The translations under genes were made by a program, and so were the position numbers. A stretch of DNA of 64,000 nucleotides, from the NCBI GenBank assembly GCA_050246755.1, contig JBFWVL010000001.1, positions 1,312,001-1,376,000 on the forward strand, written 5' to 3'. Shown here piece after piece: positions 16,740 through 27,396 of the stretch (the stretch's first letter is position 1; each line of letters starts with the position of its first letter). A model generated the notes under the pieces. That model made no database searches, was not told the DNA's origin, and saw nothing but the letters and a program-made list of their open reading frames with translations. The DNA comes from Bacteriovoracia bacterium (GTDB lineage: Bacteria; Bdellovibrionota; UBA1018; CAIPTA01).

Positions 16740-19669
16740 TGGAACAGCTTCGCATTCCTAAAAAACTGATTGAGGTCGCACTACCACTTGATGCCATTAA
16801 TGATGCCGCTCAACACGAAAAATCCGTAAGGCACGGACATCCGAGTTCGCTACATCTTTGGTGGGCTCGGCGTCCTATGGTCGTTGCCAGGGCAGTTATC
16901 TTTGCACAAATGGTAAATGACCCAGGCTATGAAAGGAATTTGGGGCGCGGAATAAATAGGGAGAAAGCACAAATTGAGCGAGAGCGGCTGTTCAATATCA
17001 TACGTCGCCTCGTTGATTGGGAATCGTCTAATGACCCTGCTTTATTAAGAGAAGCAAATGAAGAAATACGACGTAGTTGGATGGAAACATGTGAGTTGAA
17101 CAAAGCTCACCCCAAAGCAGATACACTTTTTAACCCCAAGATTCTTCCAGGTTTTCACGACCCTTTTGCTGGCGGAGGTGCGCTGCCAATTGAGGCCCAG
17201 CGTTTGGGATTGAATTCGTTAGCATCCGACCTGAACCCAGTAGCGGTCTTAATTAACAAAGGCATGATCGAAATTCCTCAGCGTTTTCTAGGGAGGGCGG
17301 CGGCAAATCCCGACGACTCTGCAAATAAACTTCAAAATGCGTGGCCTGGACTTACGGGTCTTGCAGCCGACTTAAAGTACTACGGCAATCTCTTAAAACA
17401 GGAAGCTGAAAGCCGGATCGGGAAGTATTTTCCCGATGTTGAAATTCCCGTTGATGTAGTGGAGGGCGGGAAGAAAAAAAAATATCCCAGGGGCACAAAG
17501 TTTAAAGCCATAGCTTGGTTATGGACAAGAACAGTTAAAAGTCCAAGTCCGGCTTTTTCTAATGTCGATGTCCCAATTGCTTCATCATTCGTGTTGTCTG
17601 CAAAGTCCGGCAAAGAGGCTTATCTTGTGCCGAATATTGAGGGCGACTCAATTTCATTCTCGGTGAAACACGGGGTCGGCGCAGATTTTGAGAAAGCGAG
17701 ACTTGGAACAACGGCAGGCAAACGGAATGGATTCATTTGTGTAGTTTCTGGAGCCCCAATTGATTACGAGTATGTAAGATCCGAGGCGATGGCGGGAAGA
17801 CTGGGAGAAAGATTGATGGCTGTGGTTGTAGAGGGAGAAAGGGGCCGCATATATCTCCCTGCAACTAAAGAAATGGAAGATATTGCAAAATCAGCGACAC
17901 CGACATGGCAACCCGAAGAAGCGTTTTTTCAACAGGCGTTGGGATTCCGCGTGGGAAATTACGGAATGTCTAAATGGAGCGATCTTTTCACCAGAAGACA
18001 AACTTTAGCTCTCTCCACGCTTTGTGAGTTAATCCCCGAAATCAATTTGAAGGTTCAAAGAGATGCAATTTCTGCAGGCCATATGGCAGATGAAAAATCT
18101 CTTGAAGATGGCGGGTTCGGCTCAAGAGCCTATGGCGAAGGAATATCAACGTATTTGGCTTTCTTAATAGATCAGCTCGCAAATCATCTTTCAGAGCTAT
18201 GTGCATGGCACGTCAATAACGAGCAGCTCAAGAATACTTTTGCAAGACAGACGCTTTCAATGACTTGGGACTTTGCCGAAACTAATCCTTTTTCTGAATC
18301 AACGGGGAGTCTTTATAGCCTACTTGATCGGCAAGTTAAGGGAGTACTTTCGTTGTGTCAGAATGGCATCCCTGGTTGCTCAATTCAGGCAGATGCAGCA
18401 ACTCAGAATCTATCTGCAAATAAAGTTATTTCTACTGACCCTCCTTATTACGATAACATCGGCTACGCTGACCTATCTGATTTCTTTTATGTTTGGTTAC
18501 GCAAGTCTCTACAGCAGATTTATCCTAAGCTGCTTGCGCCGCCAGTCGTTCCAAAAATAGAAGAATTGGTCGCCACCCCAGACCGTCATGGAGGAAAGCG
18601 AACCGCAGAAACATTTTTTCTTAACGGAATGACCTCTGCGATGAAGCGGCTCGCAGATCAAAGCCACCCCGCGTTTCCAGTAACTATTTACTATGCCTTC
18701 AAGCAATCTGAGACTACTTCCCAAGAGGGAACCCATAGCACCGGATGGGATACATTCCTCTCCGCGGTTATTAAGGCGGGATTCGCAATCAGCGGTACAT
18801 GGCCAATTAGAACCGAACAAACAGCCGCGCTTAAAACAACGCGAAATGCACTTGCATCTAGTATTATTCTCACCTGTATAAAACGCGCTCCGGGAGCCCC
18901 GGTGGTTTCACGACGCGAATTTATTCGCGAATTAAATAGTATACTTCCAATTGCCTTGAGTGAAATGACGGCGGGTTCAAATACTCCACCCGTTGCGCCC
19001 GTTGATCTAAGTCAGGCAATCATTGGCCCAGGTATGGCTGTGTTTTCTAAATACTCAGCAGTACTGGAGGCGGACGGAAGTCCAATGGCTGTCAAAACGG
19101 CTCTTCAAATCATAAATAGATTTCTCGCAGAAGAAGACTTCGACCACGACACCCAGTTTTGTCTCCAGTGGTTTGAGGAGCATGGTTGGGCGACTGGAAA
19201 ATTCGGTGAGGCTGATGTCCTGGCGCGCGCAAAAGGTACGTCTGTCGACGGACTGCGTGATGCGGGAATCGTCGAAAGCGCGCACGGCTCTTTGAAATTA
19301 ATCAAGCCGAATGATTTAGACTCTGGCTGGATGCCAGAAAACGACACGCGAGTTTCTGTTTGGGAGTTGTTGCATCATATGATTGCACGCTTCGGCACAG
19401 AAGGGGAATCAGGTGCAGGAGAGCTACTTTCGAGAGCTGGACAAATCAGTGAAACGGTTCGGACATTAGCGTATCGGCTTTTTACTACCTGTGAGCGCAA
19501 GGGTTGGGCACAAGACGCAGGAAGTTACGATAGCTTAGTTAGAGCGTGGGACTCAATTGAATCCTCTGCTGGGGCGATTGGTTATAAAGGAACACAAATT
19601 TCACTTTTCAACTCCGATTCAGTTGCGAACAGCACGATCGATCAAAAGAAGTCGAGGAAGAAACGATGA
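16739..19669 (+). CDS. DUF1156-containing adenine DNA methyltransferase
   Basis: N-terminal LHLWWARRP (DUF1156), motif I DPFAGGG, motif IV TDPPYYD. Confidence 0.9.
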   Translation: MEQLRIPKKLIEVALPLDAINDAAQHEKSVRHGHPSSLHLWWARRPMVVARAVIFAQMVNDPGYERNLGRGINREKAQIERERLFNIIRRLVDWESSNDPALLREANEEIRRSWMETCELNKAHPKADTLFNPKILPGFHDPFAGGGALPIEAQRLGLNSLASDLNPVAVLINKGMIEIPQRFLGRAAANPDDSANKLQNAWPGLTGLAADLKYYGNLLKQEAESRIGKYFPDVEIPVDVVEGGKKKKYPRGTKFKAIAWLWTRTVKSPSPAFSNVDVPIASSFVLSAKSGKEAYLVPNIEGDSISFSVKHGVGADFEKARLGTTAGKRNGFICVVSGAPIDYEYVRSEAMAGRLGERLMAVVVEGERGRIYLPATKEMEDIAKSATPTWQPEEAFFQQALGFRVGNYGMSKWSDLFTRRQTLALSTLCELIPEINLKVQRDAISAGHMADEKSLEDGGFGSRAYGEGISTYLAFLIDQLANHLSELCAWHVNNEQLKNTFARQTLSMTWDFAETNPFSESTGSLYSLLDRQVKGVLSLCQNGIPGCSIQADAATQNLSANKVISTDPPYYDNIGYADLSDFFYVWLRKSLQQIYPKLLAPPVVPKIEELVATPDRHGGKRTAETFFLNGMTSAMKRLADQSHPAFPVTIYYAFKQSETTSQEGTHSTGWDTFLSAVIKAGFAISGTWPIRTEQTAALKTTRNALASSIILTCIKRAPGAPVVSRREFIRELNSILPIALSEMTAGSNTPPVAPVDLSQAIIGPGMAVFSKYSAVLEADGSPMAVKTALQIINRFLAEEDFDHDTQFCLQWFEEHGWATGKFGEADVLARAKGTSVDGLRDAGIVESAHGSLKLIKPNDLDSGWMPENDTRVSVWELLHHMIARFGTEGESGAGELLSRAGQISETVRTLAYRLFTTCERKGWAQDAGSYDSLVRAWDSIESSAGAIGYKGTQISLFNSDSVANSTIDQKKSRKKR

Positions 19670-22512
19670 CACTAAAACCGTGGCGAGAGCTTATCACTCC
19701 GCATAAAGATGTTCTGGATGGCACATTTAAGCAAAGCGAATTCGCAGCCGACCTTACTCAAGTTCAAAATGGCACGGCTTCGGGTGAATATAAGGATGCA
19801 GAAAAATTCTTTCAGCGCACCTTTATCACTGAAGGGATGCGACTCCTCCTTGACTCTGTTGCCAGGCGCATTTCCGGCAAAGGTGGTGACCCGGTTATTC
19901 AACTTCAAACATCCTTCGGGGGTGGCAAGACCCATACTCTCTTGGCCGTCTTTCATTTGACCCGGCGAGAAGTCAGTCCCGAAAAGATGAGCGGGATACC
20001 GCCCATTCTTGATGCCGCCGGTATTACCGACCTTCCCAAAGCCAGGATCGCAGTCATTGACGGCAATAATATGTCGCCAAGCAAACCACGAAAACGTGGC
20101 TCCGTTTTGGTGAACACCATTTGGGGCGAAATCGCATGGCAACTGCTAGGAGAGCCCGGATACAAGTTCGTTGCCGAAGCAGATAGAGAAGGCACATCGC
20201 CAGGGAAAGAGTCGCTAGTCGAGCTTCTCAAAAGCGCTGCTCCTTGCGTTGTGTTAATCGACGAGTTGGTTGCGTTCATCCGTCAACTTGAATCTGGGAA
20301 GTCTTATGTGGGTGGCACATTTGAGAGTAATTTGAGTTTCATTCAGGCTCTTACCGAGGCCATGAAATCTGTACCAAATGCACTTCTGCTGGCATCGTTA
20401 CCTGAGTCTGAAATTGAAGTCGCAGGGCCAATGGGCAAGCTCGCCCTTGATTCCCTTGAAAAATATTTTGCCCGCGTTGAATCTGTATGGAAGCCTGTGG
20501 CAACTCAAGAGGCATTTGAGATCGTAAAGCGTCGCCTATTTGAAGGAACTGGAAATCGAGTTGAAATCGAAAAAGTTTGTAAGACGTTTTTTAATTTCTA
20601 TATTGAGAATAACACCAAATTTCCGTCAGAGACGCAAACTAGTCAGTATTTTGATCGGCTGATCCAGTCTTACCCCATTCACCCAGAAGTTTTTGATCGC
20701 CTCTATACGGATTGGTCAACGCTTGAGAAGTTTCAGAGGACTCGTGGAGTCCTTCAATACTTGGCGATTATCATTCATCGACTTTGGAACTCTGGCGACA
20801 GCGATCCTATGGTGATGCCTGGTTCTCTTCCTCTCGAAGATGTGAATGTTCGCACGAAGAGCATCCACTATCTACCTCAAGGCTGGGAACCCGTGATCGA
20901 AACAGAAATTGATGGCCCTCGCTCAGTGCCAGCGGAAATTGACGGCAAAGAAGCACGCATGGGAGCGATTCGGGCCGCTCGCAGACTCGGTCGAACGCTA
21001 TTTCTTGGAAGCGCACCCTCGGCCAATACTCAAGGGGCAAGAGGATTGGCTTTGGATCACATCATTCTTGGAGCGGCCATTCCTGGCCAGGTGATTGGCG
21101 TCTATGAAGACGCGCTGAAACGTCTCCGCGATCAGTTACAATACTTGTTCGGCGATAGCAACCGCTTCTGGTTCGATACACGGGCGAACTTACGCAAAGA
21201 AATGGAATCCCGAAAGCTCCGCCTTGAAGGACGAGAACATATACTTCCCTGCATTCGTGAGTTTGTTACCAGCGATCTACGCGGAAATTCGGTTTTCGCT
21301 GGCGTTCATGTGTTCACGGATTCAGCGGACATCCCTGATGAAATTGGGCCGGGCCCCCGACTCGTGGTTTTGGCCCCAGAGCATTCAAGTGCGTACTCTC
21401 GGGCAAATGCCACTATCTCCCAGGACGCTGCCAGCAAGATTCTCGAAAAACGCGGTGATCAGCCTAGACAACGCCGTAATCGCATCGTCTTTCTCGCTCC
21501 CGATTATGACTCGCTCTCTCGCCTGAAAGAAAACGCGAAAACCTACTTGGCTTGGGAATCCATCGTTAAGGACATCAAGGACGAAAAACTAAACCTCGAC
21601 ATGCATAACTCTCGACAGGCTAAACAAGCCTTCGAGCAATCTGAGAAGGTCTTGCGCCAGAGTATTCGAGATTCGTTCAAGTGGATTTTGAATCCATACG
21701 AAGAACTCGCGGCAGGTCGATTCACCTTGAAGTGGGAGGCCACACAAGTCTCTGCGGGCGGATCAAACTTTATCGGTGCGATTGAAAACAAAATGCGTGA
21801 GGAGGAGTGGATCATCACAGAATGGTCGCCGATCCACCTCACCAACATTCTGAAACAGTGGTACTTTAAAGAAGCGCAGGCTGACGTAGTTACCAAGAAA
21901 ATCCTTAACGACTTCGCCAGCTATCTCTATCTCCCGAGGCTCACGTCTGACGTCGTTCTCAAAAATGCTATAGCCGAAGGCGTGATGGCGGATGATTTCT
22001 TTGGATTCGCTCAGGGAAAATCAGGTGAACGCTATTTGGGACTTAAAATTGGGGCACCCGCTAACATCTTTATCGACGACACCACTCTTATCGTCGAAAA
22101 GGGTGTTGCGCTAAAACAGCGAGAGCAAGAGCGAGTGGAGGCTCCATTGTCCTCAGCCGCCTCTAGTTCAAATTTAACCACTCCTTCTGCAAGTGGCTTT
22201 ACCGGAGGCACGACGGAATCTCGGACTGTCGCAGCTCATGGCGCTGGTTCGGCAAACTGCTTCACAGCATCCAAAGAACTGAACGCGAGAACAGCCAAGC
22301 TCCACTTCAATGACGTAATCGAAAAAGTGCTTCGTCAGCTTACGGAGCGAGTATCCACTGCCGTTACTGTTTCCGTCAGCATTGAAGCCATAGATGAATA
22401 CGAATTTGGGCTAGACGTGCAGAAGGCTATCCTTTCCGCTTGCGAGGAGCTTCAGTTTAATCGAAGTGAGTTCTATAGAAATTCGGATATCAAAGGGAGT
22501 GACCGCCAATGA
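19666..22512 (+). CDS. DUF499 AAA+ ATPase
   Basis: LKPWRE…PHKDV…EFAADL N-terminus, [10 protein letters not shown] Walker A, LIDE Walker B, YPIHPE and FQRTRGVL motifs. Confidence 0.9.
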   Translation: MTLKPWRELITPHKDVLDGTFKQSEFAADLTQVQNGTASGEYKDAEKFFQRTFITEGMRLLLDSVARRISGKGGDPVIQLQTSFGGGKTHTLLAVFHLTRREVSPEKMSGIPPILDAAGITDLPKARIAVIDGNNMSPSKPRKRGSVLVNTIWGEIAWQLLGEPGYKFVAEADREGTSPGKESLVELLKSAAPCVVLIDELVAFIRQLESGKSYVGGTFESNLSFIQALTEAMKSVPNALLLASLPESEIEVAGPMGKLALDSLEKYFARVESVWKPVATQEAFEIVKRRLFEGTGNRVEIEKVCKTFFNFYIENNTKFPSETQTSQYFDRLIQSYPIHPEVFDRLYTDWSTLEKFQRTRGVLQYLAIIIHRLWNSGDSDPMVMPGSLPLEDVNVRTKSIHYLPQGWEPVIETEIDGPRSVPAEIDGKEARMGAIRAARRLGRTLFLGSAPSANTQGARGLALDHIILGAAIPGQVIGVYEDALKRLRDQLQYLFGDSNRFWFDTRANLRKEMESRKLRLEGREHILPCIREFVTSDLRGNSVFAGVHVFTDSADIPDEIGPGPRLVVLAPEHSSAYSRANATISQDAASKILEKRGDQPRQRRNRIVFLAPDYDSLSRLKENAKTYLAWESIVKDIKDEKLNLDMHNSRQAKQAFEQSEKVLRQSIRDSFKWILNPYEELAAGRFTLKWEATQVSAGGSNFIGAIENKMREEEWIITEWSPIHLTNILKQWYFKEAQADVVTKKILNDFASYLYLPRLTSDVVLKNAIAEGVMADDFFGFAQGKSGERYLGLKIGAPANIFIDDTTLIVEKGVALKQREQERVEAPLSSAASSSNLTTPSASGFTGGTTESRTVAAHGAGSANCFTASKELNARTAKLHFNDVIEKVLRQLTERVSTAVTVSVSIEAIDEYEFGLDVQKAILSACEELQFNRSEFYRNSDIKGSDRQ

Positions 22513-22528
22513 TGGCACATCGCTTGCC
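22513..22528 (+). promoter_or_regulatory. Sigma54 (-24/-12) promoter upstream of the second defence operon
   Basis: TGGCACATCGCTTGCC matches TGGCAC-N5-TTGC exactly; intergenic, followed by GAGGA RBS and ATG at 22553. Confidence 0.7.
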
Positions 22529-22552
22529 TAGAACAACAACCATGAGGAATCA

Positions 22553-22945
22553 ATGGACACACGGAGGTACATCGTGAGCATCAACGGCGCGGGCAAATTG
22601 CAAAAGATAATCAAGGGATTGCAGGATCGCGGGGCACTGAAAGGCATTGCTCTGCACGGCCCAACAAATAATGTCTTGTGGATCGAAAAGCGAACCGGAG
22701 AGTCCGAGAACCGGACAGAATTCAGTTTTCAAATCCGCATCGACCGCGTTGCCGGGAAAGATACTTGGTGGCCGATTTCGTACAGCAGCGCAAGTGGCGA
22801 AGCGATCAGTTGCGAAACTGTCTCCAACGGAAAGACACTAACGAATTTTGTGAAGCAGGATACGTTGATCGAACTGGCCGAAAGCTGGGCGAAGACCCTA
22901 GAGGCGGAGCTGGTGACAAAGACTGTGGATAACGTCTTGAGATAG
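22553..22945 (+). CDS. Hypothetical protein (130 aa)
   Basis: RBS GAGGA; alpha/beta pattern ending QDTLIELAESWAKTL; function unknown. Confidence 0.65.
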   Translation: MDTRRYIVSINGAGKLQKIIKGLQDRGALKGIALHGPTNNVLWIEKRTGESENRTEFSFQIRIDRVAGKDTWWPISYSSASGEAISCETVSNGKTLTNFVKQDTLIELAESWAKTLEAELVTKTVDNVLR

Positions 22946-22964
22946 ATGGTGAAACGGAGGGGCG

Positions 22965-24863
22965 ATGTCAACGCTATTTGCAGCTACATTTCTTAACGAT
23001 CACGTCGGGCAGATCAAGGTTGATCCAAAGATTGCGCTCATTGAATTGATTGCAAACGCCTCCGACGCTGGTGCTACCTCTGTAAAAATTGGCTGGCCCG
23101 CCGAAACTGGACAATCCATTACGATAGAGGACAATGGCATTGGAATGACGAAGGAGCAGTTTCTTTCTCGTTGGCAAACGCTTTCGTTTGATCGTCGCGC
23201 AAGCATTGGCAGAGAAGTGATCTTTCCTGATGATGTAAGCCCCAAACCGCAGCGCTCTCTCTTTGGGAAGAGCGGCAAGGGTCGCCATGCGTGCTTTTGT
23301 TTTTCGGATTCCTATCTTGTAGAAACATGGCGAGATGGAAAGCTCACAAAGAGCCGAGTGCAGGAGGCGCAATCAGCACAGGAGCCATTTCATGTATCAG
23401 TAATCGAAGAGGCCGAAACTGCTGGACACGGAACAAAAATCACAGTTGCGCTACAGCGAGGCATTCGGCTAACTGACGAAGAAGTCATTGATGTGATCGG
23501 GTCAAAGTTTCTTATTGATCCGAGTTTTTCCATCACCGTGAACCAAAGAGCAGTTTCTCTTACGACGATAAACGGGATTCGTGAAGAAGAGATCATGCTC
23601 AATGACGGCAGAAAAATTGCCGTGACAATTGTTGATTCGGAGGGTGCCGAAAGGCTCAATCGCCTTAGGGGCGTCGCTTGGTGGGTGAACAATCGTCTTG
23701 TCGGTTCACCATCATGGAAAAGTGTGGTCGGGGCCTCGGACTATCTTGATGGTCGAAGTAACCCAGCTAAGCGGTTCGCATTCGTGATAAAAGCCGATCC
23801 ATTGGATCAATATGTAAAAGAAGACTGGACTGGATTTAGAAATTCAGACCTTGTTCAAGAAGTCTTTGGCAAGGTTGACGATCTTATCCAAAAAAATATT
23901 TCGGGTTTGTTATCTGAGACGCGCCGTGAACGTAAAGTCGAAGTGCTCGAAGAGAATAAGCGAATTATTTCCGAGCTGCCCCCAAGCAGCCGCGTGATGG
24001 TTGGTAGTTTTGTTGACGCCGTTCAACGCGCTTGTCCTTCGATGAAACAAGACGATATGGCGAACGCTGTTCAAGTGTTTGCTAGGTTGGAGCAGGCTCG
24101 GTCGGGATATGATTTATTAAAGCAGCTCGCGGGATGCTCCTCCTCTGATTTGGATAGGTGGAACACCATCATACAAAAGTGGGACGCTCGTCAGGCGCAG
24201 GTTGTGCTCGATGAAATTGATAAGCGGATACAACTAGTGAGTGAAATGCGAAGGCTCGTCCACGAGCGGACGACAGATGAATTGCACGAGCTTCAGCCAT
24301 TGTTTGAGCAGGGTCTTTGGATTTTTGGACCACAATACGAAACGGTTGAATACGTTGCGAATCGTCGCTTAAAGACTATCGTTGATACATTCTTGAATGG
24401 AGATTCTGGCAAACTTCAGGCCCCAGCCACTCGACCAGATATAGTTGTGGCCCCTATTGGCGTTTGGGACTCGTCGAGATTCGATGCCGAAGGAAATGTT
24501 GTTGGCAGTGAGCGCGTGCTTGTTTTGGAGCTGAAAAAAGGGGGATATCACGTTCGCCAAGGAGAAGTGGATCAGGCACGAAACTACGCATTAGAGCTTC
24601 GTCGCGCTGGCGCAATCCAGGCATTCACTCGACTCGATTGCATCGTCATGGGATCAACAATTGAAAATCTCGTGAGCCCACTGGAAATCTCGGATCAAAA
24701 CCTTATCGTCACCCCAAGAACGTATGAGACAGTGCTGCGACAGGCCGATCTCCGTCTCTTCAATCTAAGAAAACGAATCCAAGACCTCGGCAGAGAGTTA
24801 CCCCATGACGATGAACTAGACTCCGTTATGGCCACGGGCATCCAGCAGGAGTTTCTCGCGTGA
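22965..24863 (+). CDS. GHKL (MORC/MutL-like) ATPase fused to a C-terminal PD-(D/E)xK nuclease
   Basis: ELIANASDAGA, EDNGIGM, GKSGKG and HGTKI GHKL motifs; central helical region; RPDIVV…LELKK nuclease motif. Confidence 0.8.
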   Translation: MSTLFAATFLNDHVGQIKVDPKIALIELIANASDAGATSVKIGWPAETGQSITIEDNGIGMTKEQFLSRWQTLSFDRRASIGREVIFPDDVSPKPQRSLFGKSGKGRHACFCFSDSYLVETWRDGKLTKSRVQEAQSAQEPFHVSVIEEAETAGHGTKITVALQRGIRLTDEEVIDVIGSKFLIDPSFSITVNQRAVSLTTINGIREEEIMLNDGRKIAVTIVDSEGAERLNRLRGVAWWVNNRLVGSPSWKSVVGASDYLDGRSNPAKRFAFVIKADPLDQYVKEDWTGFRNSDLVQEVFGKVDDLIQKNISGLLSETRRERKVEVLEENKRIISELPPSSRVMVGSFVDAVQRACPSMKQDDMANAVQVFARLEQARSGYDLLKQLAGCSSSDLDRWNTIIQKWDARQAQVVLDEIDKRIQLVSEMRRLVHERTTDELHELQPLFEQGLWIFGPQYETVEYVANRRLKTIVDTFLNGDSGKLQAPATRPDIVVAPIGVWDSSRFDAEGNVVGSERVLVLELKKGGYHVRQGEVDQARNYALELRRAGAIQAFTRLDCIVMGSTIENLVSPLEISDQNLIVTPRTYETVLRQADLRLFNLRKRIQDLGRELPHDDELDSVMATGIQQEFLA

Positions 24864-26236
24864 TGGACATATCCAAAACTCTGAACATTGGTCGAATAGA
24901 ACTATCTAACTTCCGTGGACTCGCGGAATGCAAGGTAAATCTTGATCCAAAATTGACCGTCTTTGTCGCGGAAAATGGAAGGGGAAAAACTGCAATCTTG
25001 GACGGTATCGCTGCGGCTATCGGCTATGTTGTCGATGGTATCGCGGCAACTCGGCAAGCCACTGGATTCTACTCAGATGATGTGCGACTCATTCGTAAAG
25101 ATGGCGGCGAAATGCTTCCGGTTTTGCCAACTTCTTTTTCCGTTGACGGTCATGTGTTTGGGCAAGATGTTCGATGGACACGCCTCTTAAGCAAGTATGG
25201 CAGCAGACCACGCACCAGCACAAAAGAATCCAAATCTGTTCGCAGATTAGCAGAAGATATTCGCGGCAAAGTAATTGGCAATCAGTCGGTTGAAAGCCGT
25301 GACGACTTGATTCTTCCTCTGGTTGCATACTACGGGACAGGCAGGTTGTGGGGCGACTCTCGGCTTACAAAATGGCGAAGTGATTCTGCCTCTCGACAAA
25401 ATGATCGTCTTGCTGGATATGTGGATTGCTTGTCCTCTCAATCGTCATTCAAACTCACAAGGGCCTGGTACGAAAGCAAATGGCGCGAAGCTGGCGATCC
25501 AAGATTTAAGACAGAAGGCAAAAATACCTTACCCCTCATTTCTGCGATCCGGGCGGCGACCTCTACAGTTCTCGAACCCACCGAGTGGTCGGGCCTGAAT
25601 TGGAACGCGACATATAATACTCTGGAAATAGAGCATCCGCAGTTCGGTGTTTTGCCGATGTCTTCGCTTAGTGATGGCGTGCGAACCATGCTTGCCTTGG
25701 TCGTCGATGTCGCCAGGAGATGTGCGACGTTGAATCCGCAGTTAGGCGAAGATGCCGCTCAAAGAACCCCGGGAGTTTTGTTGATAGATGAAGTGGACAT
25801 GCACCTTCACCCAAGATGGCAGCAGCGAGTGACCGATCTGCTACGGCGAGCGTTTCCATCGCTGCAAATTATTTTAAGCACGCATAGCCCTCACGTCCTC
25901 TCTACAGTCGATAAAAGCTCTATCCGCGTTATTAGATTGGAAGATGGCATCGCCCATGTCGAAACACCGGAATTCCAAACTCGCGGCGTTGAGAGTGCTG
26001 ATGTGCTTTCTACGATTATGGGAGTCGATCCCATTCCCAAGGTCGAAGAGGCTTCTTGGCTCAGAGAGTATCGGGGATTAATTGAAGATTCGCTTGCAAC
26101 CAGCGAGCGGGCTCTAAGTTTGAGGGCCATGCTCGAAAAGCACTTTGGCTCAAATCATCCCGTTATCTTAGACGCTGATCGGTTGATTCGTTTTCAGGAA
26201 TTTCGCCTGAAGAAAAAAACTTCGGAAAATTCTTAA
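24860..26236 (+). CDS. ptuA: PtuA-like ABC/AAA ATPase (Septu / retron Ec78-type effector)
   Basis: AENGRGKT, YYGTGRLW, LSDGVRTML, LIDEVDMHLHPRWQQ and STHSPHVL motifs; followed by HNH gene. Confidence 0.85.
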   Translation: MMDISKTLNIGRIELSNFRGLAECKVNLDPKLTVFVAENGRGKTAILDGIAAAIGYVVDGIAATRQATGFYSDDVRLIRKDGGEMLPVLPTSFSVDGHVFGQDVRWTRLLSKYGSRPRTSTKESKSVRRLAEDIRGKVIGNQSVESRDDLILPLVAYYGTGRLWGDSRLTKWRSDSASRQNDRLAGYVDCLSSQSSFKLTRAWYESKWREAGDPRFKTEGKNTLPLISAIRAATSTVLEPTEWSGLNWNATYNTLEIEHPQFGVLPMSSLSDGVRTMLALVVDVARRCATLNPQLGEDAAQRTPGVLLIDEVDMHLHPRWQQRVTDLLRRAFPSLQIILSTHSPHVLSTVDKSSIRVIRLEDGIAHVETPEFQTRGVESADVLSTIMGVDPIPKVEEASWLREYRGLIEDSLATSERALSLRAMLEKHFGSNHPVILDADRLIRFQEFRLKKKTSENS

Positions 26237-26239
26237 GCT

Positions 26240-26872
26240 ATGAAGCAATTAAATCGTGCAGCCGTAGCGCCGCCAGGAGTCCTTGTAAACTATTCTCATC
26301 CCGCGAACACATGGGATGATGTTTCGACTCCCGACAAAGCAGAGATTAGAACGGCTCTGGAACAAATGCAGGGACGCCGTTGCGCTTATTGCGAGGGCTC
26401 CATTGATGAACTTGGACAGCATATTGAACATTTCCGAAGAAAGCGGGTGTTTCCACATCTTACGTTCGCTTGGGACAACTTACTTTGGTGCTGCGATGCC
26501 CGCGACTCATGCGGGCATTACAAAGATAGAAAAGGATGGCCCTACGACATAAATCATCTGCTCAATCCGTGCATACACGACCCGGATAATTTCTTTCGAT
26601 TTAGAACAGACGGATCGATTTCGATCCGCCGAGGACTGAATCAGCAAGAACTAAGGATGGCGCAAGAGACTCTGCGAGTGTTAAACATCGATCCTGAGTG
26701 GGGGCGGCTACGCCAAATGAGAAAGCGTGCGGTCTCTACTTTTCTCACATTGCTGGACGACCTGAATGGTTTCACCGAAACCGAGCTTCAGCAGTTGCTT
26801 CAAGATGAATTAATTCAGGCAAGGGGTCTTCCATTTTACACCGTCGTCAGACACGCTTTAACTCGCGCGTGA
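26240..26872 (+). CDS. ptuB: PtuB-like HNH endonuclease
   Basis: MQGRRCAYCE…HIEHFRRK…LTFAWDNL…SCGHYKD; directly follows ptuA. Confidence 0.85.
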   Translation: MKQLNRAAVAPPGVLVNYSHPANTWDDVSTPDKAEIRTALEQMQGRRCAYCEGSIDELGQHIEHFRRKRVFPHLTFAWDNLLWCCDARDSCGHYKDRKGWPYDINHLLNPCIHDPDNFFRFRTDGSISIRRGLNQQELRMAQETLRVLNIDPEWGRLRQMRKRAVSTFLTLLDDLNGFTETELQQLLQDELIQARGLPFYTVVRHALTRA

Positions 26873-27396
26873 AGGATTCTATGAATTACCAGGCCATCAA
26901 AGAGCTTGAAGAAAAACTACTTAAAGAGCTGAAACCTCTCGCCGAGGCTACGAGCCGAATCCGAGAAGTTCTGACTACGCACGCCAATGGAAAATCCTTG
27001 AAAGGCGATGAGGTAGTTGGCTGGCTTGGAGAAATTCAAGGGAAATTGCTTTTGGGTGGAACTCTAGTCGGAGACGATAATGAACATGATTTTGTAACTG
27101 AAGATGAGCGTCGAGTCTCGGTAAAAGCTCGAAGAGATAAGGGTGGCAGCTCTTGGAAGCGAACTAGCGGAATACCAAAAATTGAAGGCGATGACTGCCC
27201 AACCCACCTACTGTTTGTCCGATTGGATGAAAACTATTTGGTTAAAAATATGTGGCTCTATGAGTGGGCTTCCATCCTGAAGTCCGAGCGATTTAAGTCT
27301 CATAAAGTGCGTGGTTTACATCGCGCATATTTTTTTGAGGTAAATGAGCCGTCGGATAAAGGTCAAATGATCTATCCTTCAGTGAGCATTGATTGA
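26869..27396 (+). CDS. Putative restriction-endonuclease-fold protein
   Basis: GWLGE…HDFV…RVSVKAR is a PD-(D/E)xK-like pattern; coupled to neighbours by overlaps. Confidence 0.55.
   Translation: MKDSMNYQAIKELEEKLLKELKPLAEATSRIREVLTTHANGKSLKGDEVVGWLGEIQGKLLLGGTLVGDDNEHDFVTEDERRVSVKARRDKGGSSWKRTSGIPKIEGDDCPTHLLFVRLDENYLVKNMWLYEWASILKSERFKSHKVRGLHRAYFFEVNEPSDKGQMIYPSVSID

Noticed and set aside
22946-24860. Retron msr-msd/RT upstream of ptuAB
   Set aside because: No RT ORF and intergenic gaps are too short for a retron ncRNA
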